Of a DNA stretch of 64,000 nt, positions 27,401-39,186 are shown piece after piece. Both the position numbers and the translations under genes were made by a program. The stretch is from Kudoa neothunni (taxonomy: Eukaryota > Animalia > Cnidaria), in NCBI GenBank assembly GCA_964304625.1, contig OZ199840.1, forward strand, positions 7,231,635 through 7,295,634, written 5' to 3'. How positions within the stretch are numbered: position 1 is the stretch's first letter; every line of letters starts with the position of its first letter. The notes below the pieces were generated by a model. That model saw nothing but the letters and a program-made list of their open reading frames with translations. It had not been told where the DNA came from and made no database searches.

Positions 27401-30400
27401 TTTTACAACTACAAATATCGTTTCTTAAATTTCTAATTACGAAAATGAATTCTTAAAGATTATTATTTAAAAAATGACAAAATTCTTTATGCGTAAGATT
27501 TGCCAACTATAAAATTTAATTACAATCTCTTATGACGCACAATTTGGTCTTAAGTAATACGCGCATGTAAATTCGTGCAATTAGCTAGATAAAGGATCGG
27601 GAATCTTTTTTTGTGAGAGAACCACAAAGGCTACATATTTTTTAAACTTAATTCCATGAGAGCCATACAATAAGTTTAAAAAAATAGAAGTATATGTACG
27701 CGTTTTATATAATTCCAACAATGTACAGTAATACAAGCCTTTAAATTCTTTTTAACCCTGTCGGTATTAACTGGGGTATTTCAAGACCCCAAAATGACTA
27801 TTTTGTGTCTACAATGATGTATTCTTTGTTATTTACTTGGAAAATTCTCAAGTTCCTATATTAGGTGCGTCTCTATCTTAAAATAAAATTTATAATTTAT
27901 CGGCTAAAAATTTATGAATAAAATAAGACATATTTTTTCAAATTTCATTCAATATTTGTTTTATTATTTTCTAAACCTCATATATTAATTATAAATATGA
28001 TTTTCTCTCAACAACATCAAAATTTTTGATCCAAAAAAAGAAAAATTCATTTTTATTTTTAATCAACAATAGATTAAGATAATTAATCCAATTAATTATT
28101 CCATTTGTTTTCGCTTTCGCATATTGGAGCAACAAAATTTTTTTATAAATTTTTTGTTTTTCTTGGATTTTAATATGAGTCCTTACAACGATTTAAAGAT
28201 TTAGAAAACTCATTAACTGACGGTATAAGAGTTGTATCCAAAGTCAACTAATGCGCAATCAACAACACAGCGGTATGGCGCCACCGCCTTTTAAGCTGAC
28301 TCGCAGGTTTGAACCCCTCTCCGACCATTCATTACATCTATCTGAAAATGAATACTATAATGAAATATTATATGCTTTTTTGTTTCATAAAATATCGATT
28401 AACTTGATAATAACACTAATCCTAAATTTTATTATATCACCGACTATTACCGAGGAAATGTCTACACACTAATGGATGTATCTGGAGTTTACTGCTTAAA
28501 TATTAATTCATCCAAGGTTTCCATCCTATTTGATGATGAAAATCAACATTATTGATTGTTTAAGGAGTGTTAAATATACCTTTGTGTTGTTAGTTTAACA
28601 TTATACCAATAATGTTGCTGATTCATAAATTCATATAAATAAATAATTCCAGAAACAGCAATCCGCTGTATATTTTATATGTATTTGTTAATCTAGGTGT
28701 ATTGTTTACAATACATAAAGTTGAGATAAATTGAATAAGCTTAAAGCATATTTCGTCTGGGGTCAAGAAATATCCCAGTCAGGCGCAAGCGCTTTGTTTC
28801 AGAAGTTAATACGGGAGAGGTTAATAGCATCATTACGCTATTATTAATAAATGGAGGGTATTTCTCATCATCAATGCGACTTCTGTTTCTGCATGGTTTT
28901 TCGGATGGCTTTGCAGTGTGGTTGATGGTTGATACGTGGCAAGATTATGCATCATGCAGGCGCTGAAACTTCCACCCGTTAAACGTGATCATACTTTTGT
29001 TTTAATGTCTTTTAGATGTAGAAAGGCTGCTGATATGCATATATAAGAGCCAAACATTGTCATTGCAGCAATTTCACACGCTGCAATGTCTGATACGGTA
29101 GGTAACCGATTTTCCGTAATGACTGCATCGCATACGCGTAAACGAGTTTAACGAAACGTTCTGTTTAATTGAAAATTTATCTGCGAGTCTGACGCAATCA
29201 TCCAAAGAGCCGCAACTGGCTCGCGAGCCATAGGTTCCCAAACCCTGACATGATATCATTTGATTGACCGCACAATTTCACTTTATTGTTATATTCATAA
29301 ATTAAATATTCTACATATAAATAAGATTTAATAGCTATATTATTCATCTTAAGAAATTTCTATTATTGCACGAGATTCATATATAAACAAATAATGTAAT
29401 TTGGGTGGACTGATCTAGGAGCATTGTCTCGATATGAACAACTGAAACAAAAAAATTATTTATTGACTTTAATTGGTCAATCAATTTAAAAGTATAACAT
29501 TATATTCCAAACACATACTTATCTAACACACGACGGAAAAAATCGATGATGCTCTATATGATAACTTCCTTCTATTATTTCATCTGTAATACTTTTTTAT
29601 CAAAACAATTATTATAGTTCATTTTAAAATATAAAATTAATATGTAAAATCAAATGTTTTTATCTCGCTTAAATAACTTTTCGGCTTAAGGGAGCCAACC
29701 AAAAAGGAATACGTAATATTCTACGCATCTGGTGAGCAATATCGTTAAACAAGAACTAATAGAAATAGCTTCAAACTCGTATCAAACCAAAAAAAGTCAA
29801 AAAATAATTCCAACAATAGTCTCAATAAAATTCCTATGTTTCAAATAATCTCACAAATGCTTAAACATTGTCATTCATGTGTTTCTAATAAATCCTTTGC
29901 AATTTACGTCATATTTAATCCATTTATGAGGGAAATAAAATTTAAGTATACATTTTTTGGATTTTGTGAACATTATACTCATACAATAAACTAATTCTGT
30001 CACACAAAAGTTTAGTAAAAATGTATATATGAGTATTATAACAGAACGGAGAGCGACTTAGAAAATTAAAAAATAATAGTGTTAATTACTTGCAACAACA
30101 GAGGGAAGACTAAAGTATTCTTTTGTTATTGTCATTCCAGTATCGAAAATGGCCTGAAAAAAGGTCATGCAAAAGAAGGTGAGACAAAAGTAAATTACAA
30201 CAAGTTTTCTTATTTTGAGGTCGGATGGTGCGAGTCGAAAAAGACCCTAAAAAGATCAAAATCAAGTCAAAACGCTTATATAAATATAAAGTGAGCGCAT
30301 TACTTACCGATTCATCCAGCTCATAATTTATTATGTAGCAAATACAATCATTGATAACATGAGATATCTCACATGATTCTCTCTCAAGATGAGTTTCGAG

Positions 30401-31516
30401 ACCAACACCAAAAACTGTCTTATTAACATCTGGGAGTATGAAGATTTGTTTATATTAAAAAAAAGAATATTTTTGTACTTAGTTTATGTCGAATGTTACT
30501 AACAGTTGAATCAATCAGTGAAACGCAGGATTTATGATATTCCAATTCGTAATGTAGGGTCTAAACCGATTCACAAATAAAATGATTCATATGATTTGTA
30601 TAAGTGCTAAAACAAGAAAAATAACACACTTTGGCTATAAGAGTCAGAATATTTTTCTCGTCCACAATAAGATCAGATATCAGCTTTTTGAAAGCTTTTG
30701 CCTCTTTCATAAACTCGTTAAGTAGATCGTCCGAATCGATGTTTGTAAATCCTTGTACAACGTTTTCGGATGAACTGACTATATTTTTACATCGTTAGTG
30801 TCGAATGTCTATCACAATCTGGTGTTGTATTTACCTTCTGGCATGGGGGCGTCGGTAGCTTTTGCCCTAGAATTGAAACACTACATTTGTGAGATATTTT
30901 AGTCGAATAACTTGTTGCGAGCATTTTTCATTTGAGTGAGCATATTCCCAAGTTTTTGGCGTATTTTATTCAGTGGAGGGAATTTCTAGAACAAACAACA
31001 GTCAATGGTGTTCGCATTTTGACCACAATCCACGAATTACATTCAAAAATTCGGTGTAATCATTCAAAACATTTCCTTTCACCTCAGTAAGCATTCTCGT
31101 TTTGTATTGTATACGTTGGGCCTCAATTTCGGTGTATAAACGGATGGCTTGACTATAGTTGGTTGAAAAAGTTATTGATTCGAGAAATATAAAATCAAAA
31201 CAATACCCTAAATGTGAGTCGTTTGGTAGGTCAGAAAACTTATTTTTTGCAGTGAACGAAAATCGCTAATACATGCAAATAAGTTGGAATAATTTTAAAC
31301 AAAAAGTATATCACTTTCGAAGCTTTGCTACAATTCCCCAACTCTTTACCGACGTAGAGGTCTAAAACCTTCTGGATCGACATAATTTTAGTTTTGTAGG
31401 CGAGCGCTTCTTTCATACTCTAGTTTTTAACATTGACGGGTGAGAGCGAATTTAATTGAAACCCACACATCAAAAACAAATACCTCGTCGATTGTCGAAA
31501 GTATACCGTACTCCAT
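24404..31516 (-). CDS. BAR-domain RhoGAP (ARHGAP17/ARHGAP44/SH3BP1-like), multi-exon; start codon uncertain
   Basis: BAR-like exons (KFPPLNKIRQKLGNML, TLHYELEYHKSC) are followed by KTVFGVGLETHLERE and GLFRLA (arginine finger). VVA|TCLKRYLLKLPMPLIPFELY is joined across intron ~25248-30089, then FLSLVASHSDKNKMDEMNLGIVFGPAILR. Stop at 24404-24406. Confidence 0.9.
25747..26776. mobile_element. Probable degraded hAT-type MITE in the RhoGAP intron
   Basis: Loose terminal inverted match (GGAGCCGCCAAA / TTTGGAGACTCC) and subterminal TCGACC repeats at 26704-26760. Confidence 0.35.
27756..28820. mobile_element. piggyBac-like MITE in the RhoGAP intron
   Basis: TTAA flanks, ends CCCTGTCGGTATTAAC / GTTAATACGGGAGAGG, and subterminal GGGGT...ACCCC palindromes. 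Confidence 0.7.
28870..29090 (-). pseudogene. hAT (GTF2IRD2/SPIN-like) transposase C-terminal remnant
   Basis: AMTMFGSYICISAAFLHLKDIKTKV*SRLT...ACMMHNLATYQP. Confidence 0.6.
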
Positions 31517-31990
31517 TTTCAATTAATCGACCACAAACTCTTTATTATAAAGTGCTTCTGACTAGAAAACCTCACAGCCAAATAATACACTCGGACCTGC
31601 TCCAAACTGTAATACGTTTAGCACGGAATCACCCGATCAAAAAATTTGGGTTGATCCTCTTTGCCAAAATACATTATTGAAATATAATACTATTATTTGG
31701 TGTTGACTATAGATTATTTTTAAAATATTGTTAGTTTTTATTATATCTAACAATTTATTTTATTGTCAACTTGGAAAATTTGATTCTAATTTAGTTAGTC
31801 TTTGTATATGTAAAATTTGAATTTAGCAAAACTAAATGATATTACTTTATTATGGTTATGTAAAAAATTATTTTTTTAAATCCTAATCTTTATAACAAAA
31901 AATCAATTCCAAATTTGTGGGAAATTCAATTTGTAAAATTCCTATTAGTGACGCATGCGCACTGTTATCTAATCCATTATCTATTATACA

Positions 31991-32605
31991 CAGTCAAACC
32001 TCGATTATCCGGAAAATTTGGGACGGGCGATTTTCTTTCCGGATATGGAGTCTCCAGTTAATCGAGCACAAACAATGTCTTTTGCACGCGCGGTTTTTAT
32101 AATTTCTACCTAAAGGATTGTTTACTTGATTAATAAGCAATTTTTTATTATTTATTGAGTAAAATATTTTAACTTCTGTTATTTGAATTAAAAATGTTGA
32201 CATATCTATTAACCAAGAATATGGAGATTTAAAGGAAAAACAGTACTTAATTACGGCAGTTTTTACACGTCTACAGAGGAGTAACTTGCTTTTTGAAATA
32301 ACCAGTGATTAATGTAAGGTTAATATATATAAAGGCATACGTTCGGATATAACACAAATTTATATAAGAACTGGATGTTTAAATTAAGTTTTAAAAGAAA
32401 AATTTATTAATAAATAACCTAGAAATATTTTTGTTTTAAATATTGTATTGGTGTGTATGTCGTACGGTGATGGGTGCTACTTTTATCCGGAAATATGATT
32501 AAATAGTTCTCCGGGTTTCCAGATAATCTAACATTTATCGATACGTAATGTCAATAAAATCCAAATAAAATTTAACATTTCTTCCGGATAATCGAGGTTC
32601 GACTG
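31991..32605. mobile_element. pogo/Tigger-like MITE
   Basis: 24-bp TIR CAGTCAAACCTCGATTATCCGGAA with one mismatch; TA on the right flank. Confidence 0.8.
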
Positions 32606-33084
32606 TACATCAGAGGTAGCCAGACTTGCCAGATCGGGAGCCAACTTTAAGGTGGCCCAAATTTTAAAGAGCCACAAGACATTAAAATCATTTATGTACC
32701 TCTTCATTAGTTTAAACTTACAACTTTGGAAAATTGTTGATAAATATTAAGATAAGATGTTGTAGAATTATAAATAAAGGTTTTTTAATTTTTTTCTCAT
32801 TCGGTGAATCGCTGAAAAACTTACATATAGTTTTTACAGGTATAATTTATGATGGGGTTTCCAAAAAAAGTAAATTAGTACTTAACAATCCAAAGAACTT
32901 GTTATCATTGAAGAAAAAGGTCGCAAAATCGATAAAATATTTTTCATATGTAATCATGTATGGTAGTCCGACAAAAAATAAAATTAAATATTTACGAATA
33001 AAATAATAGCACAAGAATTTAACGCTTTCGAAAACAACTTTTTAGAAATAGTTTCTAATGTTGAAATTTTTTTATGTTTTCGCA

Positions 33085-33300
33085 TTATCTGTGAGTTGGC
33101 GGTAATCAGGTTCGTATGCTGTTAACGCTGTACGAATTAGTTCCGTCAGGTGTTTGTGAGGGAGGAATCTGCGAAGCTTCGATTTTGCAAACTTCATCGT
33201 TGAAGAAATAGACTCAAAACAATAAAATTTTCCAAAGATAGAACAAGTTTGACGCTAATTTCTTTTAATTTTGAATCATCTTTAAAGCTTTAATGCGTGT
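33085..33300 (-). pseudogene. hAT (GTF2IRD2-like) transposase C-terminal remnant
   Basis: IFGKFYCFESISSTMKFAKSKLRRFLPHKHLTELIRTALTAYEPDYRQL. Confidence 0.6.
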
Positions 33301-34264
33301 TTTATTCTTTCGACATCTATTACTTTGGTAATGGATAAACACTAGTTCTACTTGTATTTCTTAATTAAACTAGTAACAATTCTAATTTGCATCAAATATT
33401 AAAACTATATGGTAAGTTGTATCTATGTTTTCTAATCAAAAATATTATCTATTTTACGATTAAAGAGTTCATTCTTCACTTGATTAAGTAGTTCAAACTT
33501 TGTACTTTTGTGAATAAACGTGCTGATGAATTAAACAAAATTAGACTAACAAAAAATTTTTCGAGAATCATACCATAACGTTCAAAGAGCCACATGTGGC
33601 TCACAAGCCACGGTTTGGTCACCCTTGATATATATAAAGCTGAGTTGTCTGTATGTGTGTGTGTGCCAGGGCGTCCAATGAGACTATCGGAAAAAACCCA
33701 AGGTAGAACTCTTAAAAAACTCAAGGTCACAAAGAAAACACAATAATATTATTAAAATAACTAAAATTTTTATTTTAAACGCGTTTTATAATTATTGTCG
33801 TCAATTGAATCGTCTGCATCATCTTCATAACCTTCAGTTAGGAAGGTTGATCTATTTTTCAAGCGCTTAAGGTAAGGTATCGTTGGCTCATAACACCACT
33901 GCTCACATCATGAATTAGTTTATTTGTTGGTTGCGACGGCAAGCACAATTTATTATTTCGTCTGATCAACTGCTTTGCGATAAATTCACATTTTACAGTT
34001 TCAACCTTTAATGAGTTAGTTCGATTAATTTTTACTGTGTTCATTAATCAATAAATTCGTTCAGCATTTGCAGAACTAGAATTTCTGTCCTTAGCATCTT
34101 GATCAGGCCAATCTTTAAAATCTACTTTTAACGAATCTAGATTGAAGCACATATTATCCCACACTTTCTGTTGAGCTCCGTTTGAATTTTCAGGCATACT
34201 TTAAAATAATGTACGTCAATAACTTCAAAATATGTTCTTAAAAAAATAAAAAATTTTGAGACAG

Positions 34265-34353
34265 TGAAGCGGCAGCACAAACGACAGATTCAAAAAACTG
34301 ACACGTTATGCGACTCGCGCAAAATAATAATTGTAATAGGCTTAGCCGCCACA
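34265..34353 (-). repeat. 3' LTR (89 bp)
   Basis: Direct repeat of 38019-38108, preceded on the minus strand by the G15 PPT (34359-34373). Confidence 0.95.
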
Positions 34354-34355
34354 CA

Positions 34356-37300
34356 CTACCCCCCCCCCCCCCCAGAATTTGGTTAGCAGCTTTAAGCCTG
34401 TCTAATGATATCAACTCTTGTCGGCCATCGATGTCTATTACGAAATTTTTTGGGGATCTCTTCACGACTTGGAAAGGTCCAGAATAAGGTTTTTCAAGGG
34501 TAGATTTGTGGACTGGGTTTTCTAGGAAAACGAACTCAGCAGATTTAAGGGCCGTTGTGTAGTTTGACTTTTCTTTCGAATGATTGGTTGTTGGATTGAT
34601 ATTTTTGTTGATATATTTTTTTAAGAGTGTTATCAATTGGTGCTCGTCGAGGAGGTTGGGTTTGTCCAAGTTAAATTGTCCAGGAAGTCGAAGATCCTCA
34701 CCATATAATAATGTAGCGCTAGAGTGATCTAACCCTTCTTTGGGAGCAGTGCGGATTCCAAGGAGTATCCATGGTAGCTCATCTAACCAGTTGTTGCCGG
34801 TTAACTTTGCACGGAGGGACGTTTTGAAGTGTCTATGGAACCTCTCTATTAAACCATTCGCCTGTGGGTGAAATGCCGTGGTGAGATGTAGTTGGATTCC
34901 TAGTAGGTTGCAGATTTGCGTCCAGATGTTAGAGGTGAATTGGGTACCTCTGTCGGAAGTTACATCCGTAGGTATTCCGTAACGTGAGATCCAACCATGG
35001 ATCAACGCGAGTGCACAGGTCGTCGCTGATATATCAGTTATTGGAATGATTTCTGGCCATCTAGAATAACGATCTATGATGGTGAAGACGTAATTGTAAC
35101 CTTTGCAGCGAGGTAGTGGACCGACTATATCTAGGTTTATGTGACGAAAACGTTCTGACACTAGTGGGTAGGTTGAGACCGTAGTTTTCGTGTGTTTTTG
35201 GAGTTTAGCAGATTGACAAGGTATGCATGTTTTAGCCCACCAACGAATGTCTTTATTCATGTTAGGTCACACAAATTTTTCTGAAATGATTTTCAATGTT
35301 GATCTAATGGATGGGTGCGACAAGTTGTGGAAACAGTTGAATATGTTTTTTTTTCCAATTGTCTGGCACCAGTGGACGCATTTTTGGAGTGGATACATCA
35401 CATAGAATTACCTTGTCGTTATGGTCTGGAATCGTTCTCTCAACAATCTTTAGTGATGTTGTTGTTTTGGCAAATTCTTGAAGGTTGGAGTCGTTTAATT
35501 GGTCGACCGCAAATTGGATCATGTCAAAATCGTAGTTCGGGGCATTCAGAGTTGCAGTTGAAATGCGAGATAGTGTATCCGCCACTACATTAAACTTCCC
35601 GGAAATATGTCGAATGTCTGTAATGAACTCTGAAATAAAAGAGAGATGGCGTTGCTGCCTTGCTGTCCAGTTGTCGGCCGATTTTTTTCAACGCCAAGGT
35701 AAGAGGTTTGTGATCAGTAAAGGCAACAAATTGGCGCCCCTCTAGGAAATATCTAAAGTGTCGGATGGATGAATATAACGCCAAAAGCTCCCGATCGAAA
35801 GCACTATATTTCCTTTGTGGTGGGTTGAGGGCACGGCTGAAAAATGATAATGGTTGTGTGCCATCTTTCGTTTGTTGTTCTAACGTTGCTCCGATTCCGG
35901 AATCGGATGCGTCGACCGTTAACAACAGTTTAGCATTTGGTTGTGGGTAGGTTATCCTCACGGTGTTAGCCAGGGCTGTCTTAGCTTCAGAAAATGCTGT
36001 TGACGATTTTTCATCCCACAGCAGCATTTTGGGTTGGTTTTGCAATTTCGCGTATAATGGGGCGAGTATGGTGGCTACACCGGGAATGAATCTGTGGTAG
36101 AAGTTTACCATACCTAAGAATTGTTGTAACTGTTTGATTGTCGAAGGTTTGTTGAGCTGTAGAATATCCTTCACTTTTGATGGTAAAGGAGCTATGCCGG
36201 CTGAGTTGATTTGGTGTCCAAGAAAAGAAATGTCACTTTTGCCAAATTCACATTTTTTAGGGTTAAGTTTCAGACCATGTTCCCTTAATCGCTGTAGGGT
36301 GTTTTCTAAGTGCAGAAGATGGCTTTGTGCATCTGTGCTCGCGATGAGGATGTCATCCAGATATACGAAGACGTATGGAACACCTCTGAAGACCTGATCC
36401 ATTAGACGTTGGAATGTTTGTGCGGCATTTCGTAGACCAAACGGCATCTTGGTAAACTCATACAAACCGAACGGTGTAATGACCGCGGTTTTGTGTATGT
36501 CTTGTGCATGTACAGCGATTTGGTTGTAGCCGCGAATTAAATCAATTTTTGAAAATATGGTACAGCCATGTAAATTAGATGAGAAATCTTGAATATTAGG
36601 AATGGGATAGCGGTCAGGTTGTGTAATGTTATTCAGTTTTCTGTAATCACCGCAAGGTCTCCATTCTCCGTTTTTCTTAGGAACCATATGTAATGGTGAT
36701 GCCCACGAGCTGTTTGAAGGTCTAGCGATGCCAAGTTCGATCATTTTTTGGAATTCCTGTTTGGCCAACTTTAGTTTTTCGGGTGATAATCTACGCGATT
36801 TGCTGAAAACCGGCGCGCCGTTGGTGGTGATGTGAAGTTCGACATCAAGTGTAGTCTCGTGGGCCATGTACTCCGGAGAGGTGATGTCTGCGTATTTGCG
36901 GAGGAGTTGTTCGATCGATGTGTCTAAACAGGAGGATATTGAGAATTGTGAGGGTTTCAAACCGGTCTTGATCCCAAACTCCATGTTGTTGCTTGCAGAT
37001 ATCAATTTTTTGTTTTTGATGTCTACCAATAGAGAAAACCAATGGAGAAAATTGGATCCAAGAATAGGTTGTGATGCATCTGCAAGGATAAATCTCCAAG
37101 TGAATTCGGTGCCATTGAGTTTAATTTTCATCTCCTTTGAGCCATAAGATCTTATGGTGGTTCCATTTGCAGCGATTAAGGAATGGTGTCGTGATAGTGT
37201 GGCTCGTTGTAGGTTGTTTGGAGGGTAAATGCTGACTTGGGCCCCAGTATCAACAAGGAAATAGGTTTTTGAGTTGTTGTCAAAGATATACGGAAGGCTA

Positions 37301-37356
37301 CAATAATTGTGTCCGAGCGTCATAGCCTTCATTGACGCTCGGACGTTTCGTTTCCC
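34356..37356 (-). pseudogene. pol: Gypsy Pol (protease-RT-RNaseH-integrase) with two frameshifts and one nonsense codon
   Basis: FLVDTGA protease, YLDDIL RT, TVDASD...DRELLA...TDHKPL RNase H, and integrase DIVGPLP...TSDRGTQF...NGLIERFH. Frameshifts lie near homopolymers (~35682-35688, ~35346-35354), and TGA at 35267-35269 replaces W in FVWP. Confidence 0.9.
37311..37356 (-). promoter_or_regulatory. -1 programmed ribosomal frameshift signal (gag-pol)
   Basis: Slippery G GGA AAC (37356-37350), 5-nt spacer, perfect 12-bp stem GTCCGAGCGTCA / TGACGCTCGGAC with a 10-nt loop. pol lies in the -1 frame. Confidence 0.85.
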
Positions 37357-38000
37357 GAGAAGATGCAAGGTCTTATACACTTTTGGGCTTTGTGTCCAAA
37401 TTTTTTATGATACCAGCATATTTCGCCCGTTGATGACTGTGCTCGTTGCCGTTCGATTTTGTTGATACTTTTGTTGCCGACAAATTCTTTGGCTAACCAT
37501 AGAGCGTCTGCCTTTTCAGCTAACTTCCGTGGTTCGTCAAAACTATCGGTAGCCAATTGTGTTCGCAGTTCCTCCGGCATGTGTTGGAGGAACAAGTGTT
37601 TAAATAGGAAACATGTATGATGGTTTCCCATTAGATACAGCATTTCGTCCAGTAACACCGAGGGACGTCTATCTCCTAAATTGGAGACGTTGAGGAGTTT
37701 TGCAGCACGTTCTGTCTCGGTAAGTGCGAAGGTGGATAGTAATCGACTTTTTAAAGAGTAGTATTTGTTTTCGCCGGGAGGGTTAAGTAACAAATCGGTT
37801 ATCCTGATAGCAGTGTCTTGATCGAGTGAGGCGACAACGTGATGGTATTTAGTATCATCGGTTTTGATGTTACGAAGAGCGAACTGCGTTTCGATATGTA
37901 TGAACCAGATAGCAGGTTGTGAGGTCCAAAACGGTGGAAGTTTAATAGATGTTGCATCTATCGATTGTGTTTCCTCGTTTGGGTTGCTGTTTTTGAACAT
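37329..38000 (-). CDS. gag: Gypsy Gag
   Basis: [35 protein letters not shown], and zinc knuckle [18 protein letters not shown]. Confidence 0.9.
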   Translation of the reverse strand: MFKNSNPNEETQSIDATSIKLPPFWTSQPAIWFIHIETQFALRNIKTDDTKYHHVVASLDQDTAIRITDLLLNPPGENKYYSLKSRLLSTFALTETERAAKLLNVSNLGDRRPSVLLDEMLYLMGNHHTCFLFKHLFLQHMPEELRTQLATDSFDEPRKLAEKADALWLAKEFVGNKSINKIERQRAQSSTGEICWYHKKFGHKAQKCIRPCIFSGNETSERQ

Positions 38001-38004
38001 TTTT

Positions 38005-38017
38005 TGGGGGATCACCA
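38005..38017 (-). promoter_or_regulatory. Primer-binding site, tRNA-Trp-like
   Basis: TGGTGATCCCC starts 1 nt after the 5' LTR and resembles the complement of the tRNA-Trp 3' end (TGGTGACCCC). Confidence 0.65.
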
Positions 38018-38018
38018 G

Positions 38019-38108
38019 TGAAGCGGCAGCACAAAAGACAGATTCAAAAAACTGGCACGTTATACGACTCGCGCAAAATAATAATTGTTAATCGGCTTAG
38101 CCGCTACA
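38019..38108 (-). repeat. 5' LTR (90 bp)
   Basis: Direct repeat of 34265-34353 (5 substitutions and 1 indel by eye); inverted termini TGTAGCGGC / GCCGCTTCA. Confidence 0.95.
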
Positions 38109-39186
38109 GACAGCATTGAAATACCAAAATGCAATTACAGAATAATAAGAACAATTGATTAAATAACAATTATCCAAGAATCGGAAAACAGCGCGTCGCC
38201 GACGATCGTGATATCTTTTTAACATTTCTAATAATTCTAATTCTCTCTATTACTAAAACAATAAATATGATTATATTACCTAATTTTAAAATTTATTATC
38301 TATAAACTGATCTCGAAAAATTCAACAATCTACAAGTTTTGTAAACAACCAAAAAACCCCAAGGTTTGGACGCCGTGGTGTGTGCTCTAAACAGGGATTG
38401 GAAAAAATTAATTGACTGAAGTTAGATGATTAATTTCAATAATTGATTGGGAGGTGCAATTAATTTAAATTAATTTAAAGTATGATAATTTTAATTAATA
38501 CTCTATAATGAAAATTCTTTATTATAATTGTTTTTATCTTTGAACCCATTCATCTGTGTTATAAATGTTGCAGCATCATGTCTTTAATGATTTATAATTT
38601 GTCGATTTTCATGCTTGTTTAAATTGTGATCTACATCCATTTGTCTTAACTCTTTAAACGATATTTTATAAATGAACGATTTTTCTCTTAATCACAGAGT
38701 AAATATATTTTGCTTTTAATATTTTATTTGGATCAGATAATGCATCTTCGTATCTAAAGCCAGATTTACATGATCAAATTTTGAATAATGGTAACGACTA
38801 ATTCTTAAAAGTCTTCTAATATATAAAGTAATTTTTTAATGTAATTTAAATATTGACCAATTTCGATTCCGATTAATATTTTAACCAACGATTTCTAACA
38901 TAAATTTTAACTTTTTCTAAGTAACTAATTAAATACGAATTTTATATGATTCGTTCATCAATTTATGCAACTTTGAAAACCTTAAGCATCCTTTTTCACA
39001 TTTATTCGATCAATATCGACAAAATATTCCTAATCAAAGTCTAGATTTTTGAAACAATAATTTAAATCATCTCTATAAATCCACACATTTGAAGTATTTT
39101 TGTTTATTCTTATTTTTTATTATATTACGATTGTAGTATGGTATCATATGGCATGACGAAATTTCCGCGCGCGCATTGCGCAGAAA

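Larger units (their letters stand above)
34265..38108 (-). mobile_element. Full-length compact Ty3/Gypsy LTR retrotransposon (3844 bp)
   Basis: TG...CA LTRs, 5-bp TSD GACAG, PBS, G15 polypurine tract, and gag plus pol in PR-RT-RH-IN order. Confidence 0.97.
33667..38377 (-). mobile_element. Non-autonomous hAT element, copy 2, carrying the Gypsy insertion
   Basis: TIRs CAGGGCGTCCAA / TTGGACGCCGTG; perfect 8-bp TSD GTGTGTGC (33659-33666 and 38378-38385); homologous to 10958-12374. Confidence 0.9.

Noticed and set aside
28850-29270. GC-richer island that might be an ncRNA or host gene
   Set aside because: Explained as a decayed hAT transposase C-terminus on the minus strand.
35223-38091. Several plus-strand ORFs within the Gypsy element
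   Set aside because: Antisense shadows of gag/pol with no independent features.
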